Source: Candidatus Dojkabacteria bacterium
GTDB taxonomy: Bacteria > Patescibacteriota > Dojkabacteria > SC72
Assembly: GCA_028704525.1 (NCBI GenBank)
Contig: JAQWFF010000002.1
Coordinates: 1-34,474, forward strand
DNA: 34,474 bases
Direction of reading: 5' to 3'
Shown piece by piece: positions 18,004 through 26,768 of this stretch. The notes below the pieces were generated by a model. The model made no database searches, had not been told where the DNA came from, and worked only from the letters and a program-made list of their open reading frames with translations. The position numbers were made by a program, and so were the translations under genes. Numbering within the stretch: position 1 is the stretch's first letter; each line of letters opens with the position of its first letter.

Positions 18004-18900
18004 ATGAAAATATACCAAGACATACTATCCAACTTCATAGGAATAATACTACTAAAGATAGATACAGAAGGAAATATACTAAATATAACCATAGATACAA
18101 AAGGTATAACAAAAAACAACCCTCCTAAAACAGTCTACAAACTATTTAGCAAGGAAGACAAATTTAGAATAGACAGAATACTATCCACAGGATACAGTGG
18201 AAAGAAAAAATACTTCGAACTATACCAAGGATATGGAAAAGGACAATATGTAGATGTATCAACCGCATACTATGACAAAGAGCTATACATGTATATACAA
18301 ATGTTCGAAAGTGAAAGAGAAAGAGCTGTAATGTATGACAGATATGTAGAAAAACTTGCAACTATAGCAGAAAAAGATGTACTAACAAAGGTATTAAACA
18401 GACATGGACTATGGGAATCTGTAAAGAGCATTGTAACTAATGTAGATCCAGAAAGAAGGATAGGAATAGTATATATGGATGTAGATAATCTAAAACATAT
18501 AAATGACACATACGGTCATGAAAGTGGAGATAAACTAATACTAAAGATAACAGAAATACTAAAATCAACAGTAAGACACAGAGATATAGTAACAAGATAT
18601 GGAGGAGATGAATTCGTAATAGTAGTTCAAGAATACTCAGGAAAAACAAGTACAGCATATGGTCTTGCACAAAGACTAAAAAGACACATAGAAGAGATAA
18701 AGGGGAAATATGCATCAACAGCATCATTTGGAGTACATATAACAAAGGTTAAAAATCTCTCAAAGTATAAAGATGATGAAAAAGCTCTAGAACAAGCATG
18801 GAAGAAAGAACTAGAAAAAGCAGATATGGCTACATACAAATCCAAAGAAGCAGGAAAGAACACAATATCAACATCCTCAGAATACAAACGATACTACTAA
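18004..18900 (+). CDS. Diguanylate cyclase (GGDEF domain) with an uncharacterised N-terminal domain
   Basis: RYGGDEFVIV active site and DVDNLKHINDTYGHESGD. Confidence 0.9.
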   Translation: MKIYQDILSNFIGIILLKIDTEGNILNITIDTKGITKNNPPKTVYKLFSKEDKFRIDRILSTGYSGKKKYFELYQGYGKGQYVDVSTAYYDKELYMYIQMFESERERAVMYDRYVEKLATIAEKDVLTKVLNRHGLWESVKSIVTNVDPERRIGIVYMDVDNLKHINDTYGHESGDKLILKITEILKSTVRHRDIVTRYGGDEFVIVVQEYSGKTSTAYGLAQRLKRHIEEIKGKYASTASFGVHITKVKNLSKYKDDEKALEQAWKKELEKADMATYKSKEAGKNTISTSSEYKRYY

Positions 18901-19220
18901 CCCAAATGTTTGTTTAGTGCATCAATATATGATTCCTTTGGTTGAAGACCAATCATACTCTCAACAACCTGACCATCCTTAAATATATATACAGCAGGTA
19001 TACTCATAATCTGAAACTCCTGTGCAAGTGAACCCTCCTCATCAACATTAACCTTCCCAACCTTAACCTTCTCTCCCATATCCTTTGCAACATCCTCAAT
19101 AATTGGTCCAAGCATTCTACATGGTCCACACCATGGAGCCCAGAAATCTACCAATACAACTCCTTTATAATCTTTAACCTCACTTTGGAAACTCTCATCT
19201 GTTAAATGTACTTCTGACAT
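18897..19220 (-). CDS. trxA: Thioredoxin
   Basis: 107 aa with FWAPWCGPC. Its stop overlaps the GGDEF gene stop (CTAA). Confidence 0.95.
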   Translation of the reverse strand: MSEVHLTDESFQSEVKDYKGVVLVDFWAPWCGPCRMLGPIIEDVAKDMGEKVKVGKVNVDEEGSLAQEFQIMSIPAVYIFKDGQVVESMIGLQPKESYIDALNKHLG

Positions 19221-19289
19221 AATATTAGTCTAACAATTTAAAAGTATTGGAATATAGGCATTTAATCATATTCCTTGTATAATTATACC

Positions 19290-20360
19290 ATGTTAAAAAT
19301 TGATATAAACAAAAATAAAAAAGAAGCAATACAAAAAGCCATAGATGTTCTAAAGGATGGTGGATTAATAGTATATCCAACAGAAACATGCTATGGAGTT
19401 GGATGTGATGCAACAAATGACAAAGCACTACAAAAACTTCTTCAATACAAGAAATTCAGAGGTTCCAAACCAATATCCATAGCTGTATCAGACAGGAATA
19501 TGGTAGAGGAATATGTAGACATTAATGAGATGGCAGACAATATATACAGAAACTTTCTCCCAGGACCAATAACCGTTATATCAATTGGAAAGGGGAATCT
19601 AAAAGCACCGGTAGTATCAGCAAGTGGTGGAGTAGGAGTTAGATACCCAGACTATCAATTCACATTAGATCTAATTAAGGAATTTGGTAAACCAATAACA
19701 GCAACATCAGCAAATATGTCATACAGAAGTGCACCATATGATATTGAGAAGTTGATAGACAATCTTCCAAAGAAATCATTAGAGTTAATAGACATATTCT
19801 TAGATGCAGGACAACTATCTCACAATGAACCCTCTACAGTACTAGATACAACATTAAATGAACTATCTATTCTTAGACAGGGTAAACTACAATTTGAAGA
19901 TGCACTAGTTAGAAATAGAAAGGTTGGGGATATAATATCTAAAAATACAGAGGAGACTATTAAATATGGTTCTGATTTTGCAAAAAGATATCTTAAAGAA
20001 CAACCTGTACTAGTTGCACTCTCTGGGGAGCTAGGGGCAGGAAAGACCCAATTTACAAAAGGTATAGCAAAGGAATTGGGGGTAACTGAGACAGTTAATT
20101 CTCCAACATATACCATAATCAATGAGTATGAATATGGGAACAGGGTACTTGCACACATGGATACATGGAGATTAGAGAAGATAGCGGGTAGTGGTCTTGT
20201 AGAGCATTTAGAAAAGGGTGATATTGTAGTAGTAGAGTGGGCCGACAAATTCTTTGGTGAAATATCTGCACTATGTGACAATATGAATGTTAAGATGTAC
20301 AAGGTAGTTATCAAGTACATATCATTAACAGAAAGGAGCATTGAGATATATGAAGGATAA
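19290..20360 (+). CDS. Fused TsaC (Sua5/YrdC domain) and TsaE (YjeE P-loop) t6A biosynthesis protein
   Basis: The N-terminal half has VYPTETCYGVGCDA plus SANMS. The C-terminal half has LSGELGAGKTQFTKGIA and SPTYTIINEY. Start set at ATG 19290, 6 nt after TGTATAAT, not the track TTG at 19275. Confidence 0.8.
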   Translation: MLKIDINKNKKEAIQKAIDVLKDGGLIVYPTETCYGVGCDATNDKALQKLLQYKKFRGSKPISIAVSDRNMVEEYVDINEMADNIYRNFLPGPITVISIGKGNLKAPVVSASGGVGVRYPDYQFTLDLIKEFGKPITATSANMSYRSAPYDIEKLIDNLPKKSLELIDIFLDAGQLSHNEPSTVLDTTLNELSILRQGKLQFEDALVRNRKVGDIISKNTEETIKYGSDFAKRYLKEQPVLVALSGELGAGKTQFTKGIAKELGVTETVNSPTYTIINEYEYGNRVLAHMDTWRLEKIAGSGLVEHLEKGDIVVVEWADKFFGEISALCDNMNVKMYKVVIKYISLTERSIEIYEG

Positions 20361-21408
20361 TCAACCATTAATAATTGCATTCGATACAAGCTGTGATGAT
20401 ACATCGTGTGCAGTACTACAAGGAAAGAAAGTACTCTCAAGTGAAGTATCTTCTCAGATAGAGATACATGCTCCATACGGTGGAGTAGTACCAGATATTG
20501 CAAGAAGAGAACATGAAAGAAATATCCCAATTGTATTTGAGGAGGCTCTTAGAAAAGCAAAGGTATCAATCGAAGATATAGATTATGTTGCATGTACATA
20601 TGGTCCAGGATTAGCTATAGATTTGGAAGTGGGATTATCTTTCGCAAAAGAGCTTGCTATTAAATATTCTAAACCCTTTATTCCAGTTAATCATATGGAA
20701 GGGCATCTTCTTTCTGGATTAATAGAAAATACAAAAGGAAAAACGGTAGTTGATATGGATGAGAGCAATATATTCCCAGCATTGGGTCTTCTTGTATCAG
20801 GAAAGCATACTGACTTGGTATATGTAGAGGATATTGGAAAGTATACAAAGCTTGGAGAAACACTAGATGATGCAGTAGGGGAGGCCTTTGACAAAGTTGC
20901 TAGAATGTTAAATTTAGGATATCCAGGTGGTCCAGTAATATGTGATTTTGCAAAAAGAGGAAAGTCAGGAATATATACATTTACAGTACCTATGAAGAAT
21001 TCCAAAGATCTTAACTTTAGTTACTCTGGTATAAAGACAGCAGCACTATACAAGATTAAGGAGTTAAAAGAACCTATAAAAGAATGGATATATGATTTCA
21101 CTAGAGGTTTTCTAGATGCAATTATAGAATCACTTAAGATTAAATTGGAACTAGCTATATCCAAATATCCATCTGTTAAATCACTGTTTGTTGGAGGTGG
21201 TGTATTTAATAGTCAGGAGATATTAACAAAGATTGGGAATGTAGCAAGGGAGTATGGTTTGCAGTATATATATTCTGAGAAAGAGTATAGAGGAGATAAC
21301 GCAGGGATGATTGGGGTTGTTGCCTATTACAAGATACAAAATGGTCAGTATATAACTGAAGTGTCAGAGATAGAGAAGATAGATAGGGAACCAAGATTGT
21401 CTATCTAA
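20350..21408 (+). CDS. tsaD: tRNA N6-adenosine threonylcarbamoyltransferase TsaD
   Basis: AFDTSCDDTS, VNHMEGHL and GYPGGP motifs. ATG 20350 lies 11 nt after AGGAG (20334-20338) and overlaps the upstream stop. Confidence 0.9.
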   Translation: MKDNQPLIIAFDTSCDDTSCAVLQGKKVLSSEVSSQIEIHAPYGGVVPDIARREHERNIPIVFEEALRKAKVSIEDIDYVACTYGPGLAIDLEVGLSFAKELAIKYSKPFIPVNHMEGHLLSGLIENTKGKTVVDMDESNIFPALGLLVSGKHTDLVYVEDIGKYTKLGETLDDAVGEAFDKVARMLNLGYPGGPVICDFAKRGKSGIYTFTVPMKNSKDLNFSYSGIKTAALYKIKELKEPIKEWIYDFTRGFLDAIIESLKIKLELAISKYPSVKSLFVGGGVFNSQEILTKIGNVAREYGLQYIYSEKEYRGDNAGMIGVVAYYKIQNGQYITEVSEIEKIDREPRLSI

Positions 21409-22645
21409 CTAACAATTTATTTTCTATATCAAGGAGTCTTTTGTATTTAACATATCTTTCCTCTTTAGTTGGTCCACCAAATTTACAATATTTAGATGAT
21501 GTACCAACTGCCAGATCTGATATTGTTGTGTCTAATGTCTCTCCACTTCTATGTGATATTACACAGGTCATATTATTTGCTGTAGTTAGTTTTATAGCAT
21601 TTAGTGTCTCTGTTACAGTACCAATTTGGTTTAATTTTATAAGTACACTATTTATTGCTTTTGTATCTATACCTTGTTGTATTCTTGATACGTTTGTTGT
21701 AAGAAGATCATCTCCAACTATCTGATATCTATCTCCAATCTCTGTATTTAATCTACTCCAGTTAGTCCAGTCCTCTTGTGCGAATGGGTCTTCTATAGAT
21801 GATATTGGATATTTTTCATACCACTGTATTTGTAACTCTAACCATTGTTCTGGTGTTAGTTCTTTTCCCTCTCTCTTTAGAATATACATATTCTTTTGCT
21901 CATCGAAGAACTCTGATGATGCAATATCTATAGCTATAGTGAAATCTTCTCCTGGTGTATACCCGAAGTCTGTAATACTTTGTACTATGATATCAAAAGC
22001 TTCTGCATTGCTTTGTATCTCTTTGGGACAGTATGCTCCTTCAAAACCTATATCTGTTGAATATCCTTTCTCCTCTAATATCTCCTTTATCTTCCTAAAT
22101 ACATTTGTTCCTGCATTGAATGCTTTATCAAATGTTTTAAATACATCCATATTTGGAACAAGCATATACTCCTGTATATCTGTAGCCCAGTTACCATGTT
22201 TTGCACCCTCCATTACAAGTATCTGGGGTGTTGGAAGAGTGTATTGTGTATTTCCATGTATCTTTCCTATGTATTCGTATAGCTCTAGTTTTTGTGATAC
22301 AGCCATAGCTTTTGCAAATGCTATGGAGCAGGAGAGTATTGTATTGCCTCCTAGGGTGCTTTTTTGTTCTGTACCATCTAACTGGATAAGGAAGGTATCA
22401 AACTCTTCCTGTGTATTAAAGTCTTTGTCTGATATCCCATTCTTTATAACCTCAATATTTCCTATGGCTTTGGACATACCTCCATCTTCATCTTTAAGTT
22501 CTAATACCTCTGTTTTTCCTGTTGATGCTCCTGATGGTACAGTACCTATACCTGTAGAACCATCTTCCAAAGTTATCTCTGTTGATATTGTTGGTTTGCC
22601 ATTTGAGTCTTGTATCTGTTTTGTAGTTATATTTTTAATCTTCAT
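21401..22645 (-). CDS. eno: Enolase
   Basis: PSGASTGKTEVLEL, ISHRSGETLDTTISDLAV, and the KLNQIGT motif as IKLNQIGTVTE. Confidence 0.95.
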   Translation of the reverse strand: MKIKNITTKQIQDSNGKPTISTEITLEDGSTGIGTVPSGASTGKTEVLELKDEDGGMSKAIGNIEVIKNGISDKDFNTQEEFDTFLIQLDGTEQKSTLGGNTILSCSIAFAKAMAVSQKLELYEYIGKIHGNTQYTLPTPQILVMEGAKHGNWATDIQEYMLVPNMDVFKTFDKAFNAGTNVFRKIKEILEEKGYSTDIGFEGAYCPKEIQSNAEAFDIIVQSITDFGYTPGEDFTIAIDIASSEFFDEQKNMYILKREGKELTPEQWLELQIQWYEKYPISSIEDPFAQEDWTNWSRLNTEIGDRYQIVGDDLLTTNVSRIQQGIDTKAINSVLIKLNQIGTVTETLNAIKLTTANNMTCVISHRSGETLDTTISDLAVGTSSKYCKFGGPTKEERYVKYKRLLDIENKLLVR

Positions 22646-22741
22646 AGGTATGTAGGTAAAGTATAATATGTATATTGTATCAGAGGATATAATAATTGTC
22701 TTTAGAGATGTAGTTTGATAGAATTAGGGCACATCTATTAA

Positions 22742-22827
22742 GCCGAGGTGGTGGAATTGGCAGACACGCTACCTTGAGGTGGTAGTGGGAGTAAAATCCC
22801 TTGCAGGTTCAACTCCTGTCCCCGGCA
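22742..22827 (+). tRNA. tRNA-Leu (anticodon GAG), type II with a long variable arm, no encoded CCA
   Basis: GCCGAGG TG GTG GAATTGGCAGA CAC G CTACC TTGAGGT GGTAG, variable arm TGGGAGTAAAATCCCT, then TGCAGG TTCAACT CCTGT CCCCGGC A. There is one A:C mismatch at acceptor pair 5:68. Confidence 0.85.
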
Positions 22828-22830
22828 TAT

Positions 22831-22907
22831 GGACGACTAGCTCAGCTGGTTAGAGCATCTCGTTTACACCGAGAAGGTCATAGGTTCGATCCCTATGTCG
22901 TCCACCA
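22831..22907 (+). tRNA. tRNA-Val (anticodon TAC), CCA encoded
   Basis: GGACGAC TA GCTC AGCTGGTTA GAGC A TCTCG TTTACAC CGAGA AGGTC ATAGG TTCGATC CCTAT GTCGTCC A CCA. All stems pair. Confidence 0.95.
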
Positions 22908-24674
22908 TCCATGTTTTTCAGCCTGTAACTTCAGTTCAGGTTCTAGTGAGAAAAGCATTTCACCGAGCATCTTTGAGGGGATTTTCAATGATATTTTTAG
23001 TTTGTAAGGAATCATCTGTCCTTCTTTCTTTGGGCCCGAAACACTATCTGTTTTTCTTTTTGGTCTAGAGAAAATAATAATTTCGTCAACAATCATGTGT
23101 ATTAGAGAGTAGAGTTCTTGATCTGAGCCCTTTTCCTCAAGCATCTTAAGTGCATCCCCATATTTATCTTTAAAAATATTGAATACTTTTATATATTCGT
23201 GTGTATTCGTGAATATTGATAACTCACTTTCTAAGTCTTCTTTCTCTTTAATATATCGTTTATATTTCTTATCAAGGTCTTTGATTCTCTCAATCTTCTC
23301 TTCTTTTTTAATGTCTCCGTTTTGATACATTTCAATCACTCTAGACCTTGCAGAGGCATGTGTATTTAGAAGATCCAATAAGTTATCCAATTGTCCTTTC
23401 TTTCTTTTAATATCATTCTTGCTAGATTCTAGCTTCTGTTGATGATGGAATACTGGAGTTGGGTCTTTTATTAGATCGTATACTAGTTGTAGTACATGTT
23501 GTTCTAAAGGAATTGCAGGTAGGCTAATTGTATGACAAACAGTATCTCTTGTTTTGCTCTTGGATGTATTTTTACAACTACATTCATAATAATAAGCCAT
23601 TTCCCCTGTGCTTCTAACTTTGTGAGGCAGTCCATTCCAACTGTATGGTTCAGTGTGTTTTGTCGGATCAAAACAGTTTGCACATTTGAGTAACCCTTGT
23701 AAAAGATACAACCTTTGTTGCTTAGAATAGTTCCCTCTTCGTAGATGATTACTTCTTGACCTATATTCTTGAGCCTTTTGGAAAAGTTCTTTGTCTATTA
23801 TCGCTTGTTTGTGGCGATATATATCCCACTTATCTTGAGGAAGTTTATTACCATCTTTGCTTTTGTTGTAATATTGATTCCCAATATAAACTTCATCTTT
23901 TAGTATTCTACCTACAACTTCGGGATACCAGTGATACCTACCATGTCTACTACCCTTTCTCTTTTTGTTTGGATCTTCCTTGTGATGAATGAATCTGTAT
24001 TCAATAGGGCTAGGGACTTTGTGGTCTCGTAAATATTCTGCTATTTCTCCTTGACTGAATCTGTCATGAACAAACATATTGAAGATGGATCTTACAACTT
24101 CAGTTTCTTCTTTTTGGATAAGTAGCTTTTTGTTTTCATCTTTAACATAACCTAGTGGGGCAGTATTCATGAAGGCTCCTTTTTCTGCAGCTTGTTGTCT
24201 CCCAGCATGGGTCCTTTCTTTAATCGTTTCTAGTTCCAATTCTGCAATTACACCGATGATTCCCAGCATCGCTCTTCCGAAGGGAGTAGAGGTATCTATA
24301 CTTTCTTGGGATGAAAGAAATTCTATCTTCGGTTCTTGTTTCTCAAATATGTCTATTATTTCTAGCAGGATTTTTAACCGTCTTGCAAACCTATCTATTT
24401 TGTAAACAGCAACTATATCAAAAGGAGGTGTGTCTGATAGGGTTATATCTTCCATTAGCTTTCTAAAAGCGACTCTTTCCATGGGTTCTTTTGTTCCGCT
24501 CTCACCCTCATCAATGTAGATATATTCTTCTCCTGCAAGTTCGTATTCGCCACCTTTGGATTTAATAAGTCCTAGTAATGCTTCTCTCTGAAGATCTACC
24601 CCAAACATATCTATCTGTTCTTCGGTAGAAACCCTGATATATAGCGCTACTTTTTTCTTTTGTTTTTCTTCCAT
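22893..24674 (-). CDS. Large serine recombinase (integrase)
   Basis: N-terminal resolvase domain (VALYIRVSTEEQ, YKIDRFARR), Cys-rich zinc-ribbon region (LKCANCFD...YYECSCKN) and a C-terminal coiled coil. The last four codons plus the stop are the reverse complement of the tRNA-Val 3' end (22893-22907). Confidence 0.85.
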   Translation of the reverse strand: MEEKQKKKVALYIRVSTEEQIDMFGVDLQREALLGLIKSKGGEYELAGEEYIYIDEGESGTKEPMERVAFRKLMEDITLSDTPPFDIVAVYKIDRFARRLKILLEIIDIFEKQEPKIEFLSSQESIDTSTPFGRAMLGIIGVIAELELETIKERTHAGRQQAAEKGAFMNTAPLGYVKDENKKLLIQKEETEVVRSIFNMFVHDRFSQGEIAEYLRDHKVPSPIEYRFIHHKEDPNKKRKGSRHGRYHWYPEVVGRILKDEVYIGNQYYNKSKDGNKLPQDKWDIYRHKQAIIDKELFQKAQEYRSRSNHLRRGNYSKQQRLYLLQGLLKCANCFDPTKHTEPYSWNGLPHKVRSTGEMAYYYECSCKNTSKSKTRDTVCHTISLPAIPLEQHVLQLVYDLIKDPTPVFHHQQKLESSKNDIKRKKGQLDNLLDLLNTHASARSRVIEMYQNGDIKKEEKIERIKDLDKKYKRYIKEKEDLESELSIFTNTHEYIKVFNIFKDKYGDALKMLEEKGSDQELYSLIHMIVDEIIIFSRPKRKTDSVSGPKKEGQMIPYKLKISLKIPSKMLGEMLFSLEPELKLQAEKHGWWTT

Positions 24675-24704
24675 CTAAATAAGAAGGTATAGCTTGGAAC
24701 TTAA

Positions 24705-25103
24705 TTATGTAGATCTAACTCTCTTGTAGAGTTTGTGTAATAGGGATTTATTATCCTGGTCAATGTCTGTGACTACGACATCTAATATTCTTGATATGTT
24801 CTTTTCCTTAATCTCCCATTTTTTAGGAAGTACAAGTTGTATAAATCTAGGGGGATTTCCTGCATATAAATATCCATGATCTAGGGTAGCACCAAACATT
24901 TCTTCTTTGACCTTGTAATCATTGGGCTTTTGTAAGTAGCTATATAGCATGCTTTCTATGTTATCTCTCAATATGACAAAATAGGTGTTATCTTCAATTA
25001 CAATGGGAACGGCCGAGTGGTAATTATATTTAGTAAACTCCTGAGCAGTAGGCATAGTCTTTTGTACAAGGAAATACTTTCTAAGCTCTTCTAGAGTTGT
25101 CAT
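24705..25103 (-). CDS. Hypothetical protein adjacent to the integrase
   Basis: 132-aa ORF with no motif. Its position would suit an accessory or directionality factor, but that is speculation. Confidence 0.45.
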   Translation of the reverse strand: MTTLEELRKYFLVQKTMPTAQEFTKYNYHSAVPIVIEDNTYFVILRDNIESMLYSYLQKPNDYKVKEEMFGATLDHGYLYAGNPPRFIQLVLPKKWEIKEKNISRILDVVVTDIDQDNKSLLHKLYKRVRST

Positions 25104-25212
25104 ATTCTGATTATATCAAAGATGGGAGGCATCTTTTAAAATTTCTACCTAGAGCATATAATAAGCTATGTTACCTAAACCTAATATTTAGGCATGGTGA
25201 TGAAAAATAAAT

Positions 25213-25336
25213 CCAGATCAGTGTGTTAGGCGGTCTTCCGTCTCTCAATCACTGATCTGGTTACTAGGGGAAACCTTAGTAGAGGATACAGCAATGTACC
25301 TCTGTGAGCGGGAGACCACTTGTCTCAAAAACTCAC
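25213..25336 (+). ncRNA. Candidate structured RNA (four contiguous hairpins, two with GNRA loops)
   Basis: P1: 25213-25223 pairs with 25250-25260 (11 bp), with an inner 6-bp stem 25228-25233/25238-25243. P2: 25263-25280, 7 bp with a GAAA loop. P3: 25281-25303, 5+4 bp with a GCAA loop. P4: 25304-25336, 5-bp outer and 5-bp inner stems. The segment looks richer in G+C than the flanking intergenic DNA. TATAAT lies at 25157-25162 upstream. Confidence 0.5.
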
Positions 25337-25366
25337 AAGAATCAAATAACTTGATCAGAAGTTAGG

Positions 25367-26131
25367 ATGGAAAAGAATTCTTTTATCCCTTTTACAATTA
25401 TATCGTCAAAACTTTTTAGAATGGAACATGAATTGTTTCCATCTAACACCTCGTTCATTAAGAAAATTCTCCTGGCAATAGGGATCCCTCGTATTGATGT
25501 CCCTTCTTATTCAGCAAAGATTAAGGACTTGTATGCAAAGTTTGAAGTAATCCGGGACAAAACAACTGAAGCGGAGAGGGAAGCGATGAGTGAATTTACA
25601 GAGAAGGATGAGTTTATAAACAAGATGGATGAATGTATTATTGCTTTTTCTAAGGTTGTTGAAAGTTTAGAGAGGAAATTAAAAAATAACAAATCTTTAA
25701 AATTTGGAGAATTTGAGGAGTTAATAAATAACTATAAAGAGAAGAAGTTGGACCTGCTACAAGTTACCGAGAAGATCGTTACAGCAACAAGAAAAACTGA
25801 GGAAGAAACATGGAGTAATTTACATAAAAGTCTTGAAAAATGGGAGAATGAAGGAGATGACAAAAAAGGCCTTGATACAAGAGAAAAGAACCATGTTATT
25901 TCAAAGCAAACCGAAGATGGGCTATGGAAAGTCTTAATTAAGAATGATAGCGAAGAACTGGTATTTAAAAAGGCTAAAAAACTAGTAATAGAAAGAGGAT
26001 CAGCCACACCGAGTTTTATAAGTAGAACATTGCAGATAGGTCAGAATCAGGCTGCTAGAATATTCATGCGATTGCAAGATGAGAGGATTATAAGTAAAGA
26101 TTATCCTTATGAAGTATTAAAAAGTAACTAA
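25367..26131 (+). CDS. Coiled-coil protein with a C-terminal FtsK-gamma-like winged-helix DNA-binding domain
   Basis: The C-terminus KKLVIERGSATPSFISRTLQIGQNQAARIFMRLQDERIISK matches the FtsK gamma pattern (..aS.S.lQR.l.IGynRAar....Le..Giv). Confidence 0.5.
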   Translation: MEKNSFIPFTIISSKLFRMEHELFPSNTSFIKKILLAIGIPRIDVPSYSAKIKDLYAKFEVIRDKTTEAEREAMSEFTEKDEFINKMDECIIAFSKVVESLERKLKNNKSLKFGEFEELINNYKEKKLDLLQVTEKIVTATRKTEEETWSNLHKSLEKWENEGDDKKGLDTREKNHVISKQTEDGLWKVLIKNDSEELVFKKAKKLVIERGSATPSFISRTLQIGQNQAARIFMRLQDERIISKDYPYEVLKSN

Positions 26132-26268
26132 TTCTCTTTGCAACTGGGGGAGATGCTTACTATTCAGTTACCCATCATACATTTATTGGAGATTAAGGCA
26201 GTAGGGTTTGTCTAGGACTGTTTAAAGGTGTATTTACGAAGGCACTTATAGTGTGTATATAATATGAT

Positions 26269-26721
26269 ATGACAAAGAATAGGAGATTAACAAAGAAGCA
26301 AGAAATGTTTTGTAAGTTGTATGCTACAGATAGAGATTATTTCGGGAATGGTACACAAGCATATGCAGAAGCATATAACATTGATCTAACACAAAGTGGA
26401 AAGAAAAGTTCTGTAAGAACAAATGCATCTAGATTGCTAACATATGATCACATAATTAGGCGAATTGATAAGTTACTGGAACTGGGAGGACTGAGTGACA
26501 ACTCCGTTGACAAGGAGCTTTTGTTTTTAATAAAACAGAATGCTAATTTCAATGTTAAGCTAGGAGCAATTAGGGAATATAACTCTTTAAGAAAGCGGAT
26601 CATACACAAGGAAGAGGTTCATGTTAAATCGGATGTTAATCTAACAAGTTTCTTAAAAGAATTGAAGGATAAGTCATCGGAACAATTGATTGCTATCAAT
26701 CAGAGGATGTATGGTAAGTAA
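26269..26721 (+). CDS. Phage-type small terminase subunit (Terminase_2-like)
   Basis: LTKKQEMFCKLYA....GNGTQAYAEAYNID....NASRLL. TATAAT lies 5 nt upstream of the ATG. No large terminase follows. Confidence 0.55.
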   Translation: MTKNRRLTKKQEMFCKLYATDRDYFGNGTQAYAEAYNIDLTQSGKKSSVRTNASRLLTYDHIIRRIDKLLELGGLSDNSVDKELLFLIKQNANFNVKLGAIREYNSLRKRIIHKEEVHVKSDVNLTSFLKELKDKSSEQLIAINQRMYGK

Positions 26722-26768
26722 GGGATTTTCTTGAAGTGACCAATTTAAACTTATATAATAAGCTCAAT

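Noticed and set aside
18164-18887. Four overlapping minus-strand ORFs (65-102 aa) inside the GGDEF gene
   Set aside because: They are low-complexity Leu/Ser/Phe-rich translations antisense to a well-supported GGDEF CDS. They are shadow ORFs caused by strand composition.
18897-18900. Overlapping stop codons of the convergent GGDEF and trxA genes (CTAA)
   Set aside because: The overlap is real but is a trivial consequence of compact gene packing and has no regulatory implication that I can support.
19820-20530. 236-aa minus-strand ORF
   Set aside because: It is antisense to the TsaC-TsaE and TsaD genes, has no motifs and is low-complexity. It is a shadow ORF. The same applies to 20691-21005(-), 21206-21394(-), 21441-21725(+) and 21939-22655(+), the last two being antisense to eno.
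22801-23007. 68-aa plus-strand ORF
   Set aside because: It is read straight through tRNA-Leu and tRNA-Val and then runs antisense to the recombinase. It is not a gene.
25250-25285. Hammerhead ribozyme in the structured RNA candidate (CUGAU... and GAAAC present)
   Set aside because: The core reads CUGAUCU, not CUGAUGA. The GAAA is a tetraloop closing a 7-bp stem, not the junction CGAAA, and no three-way junction forms.
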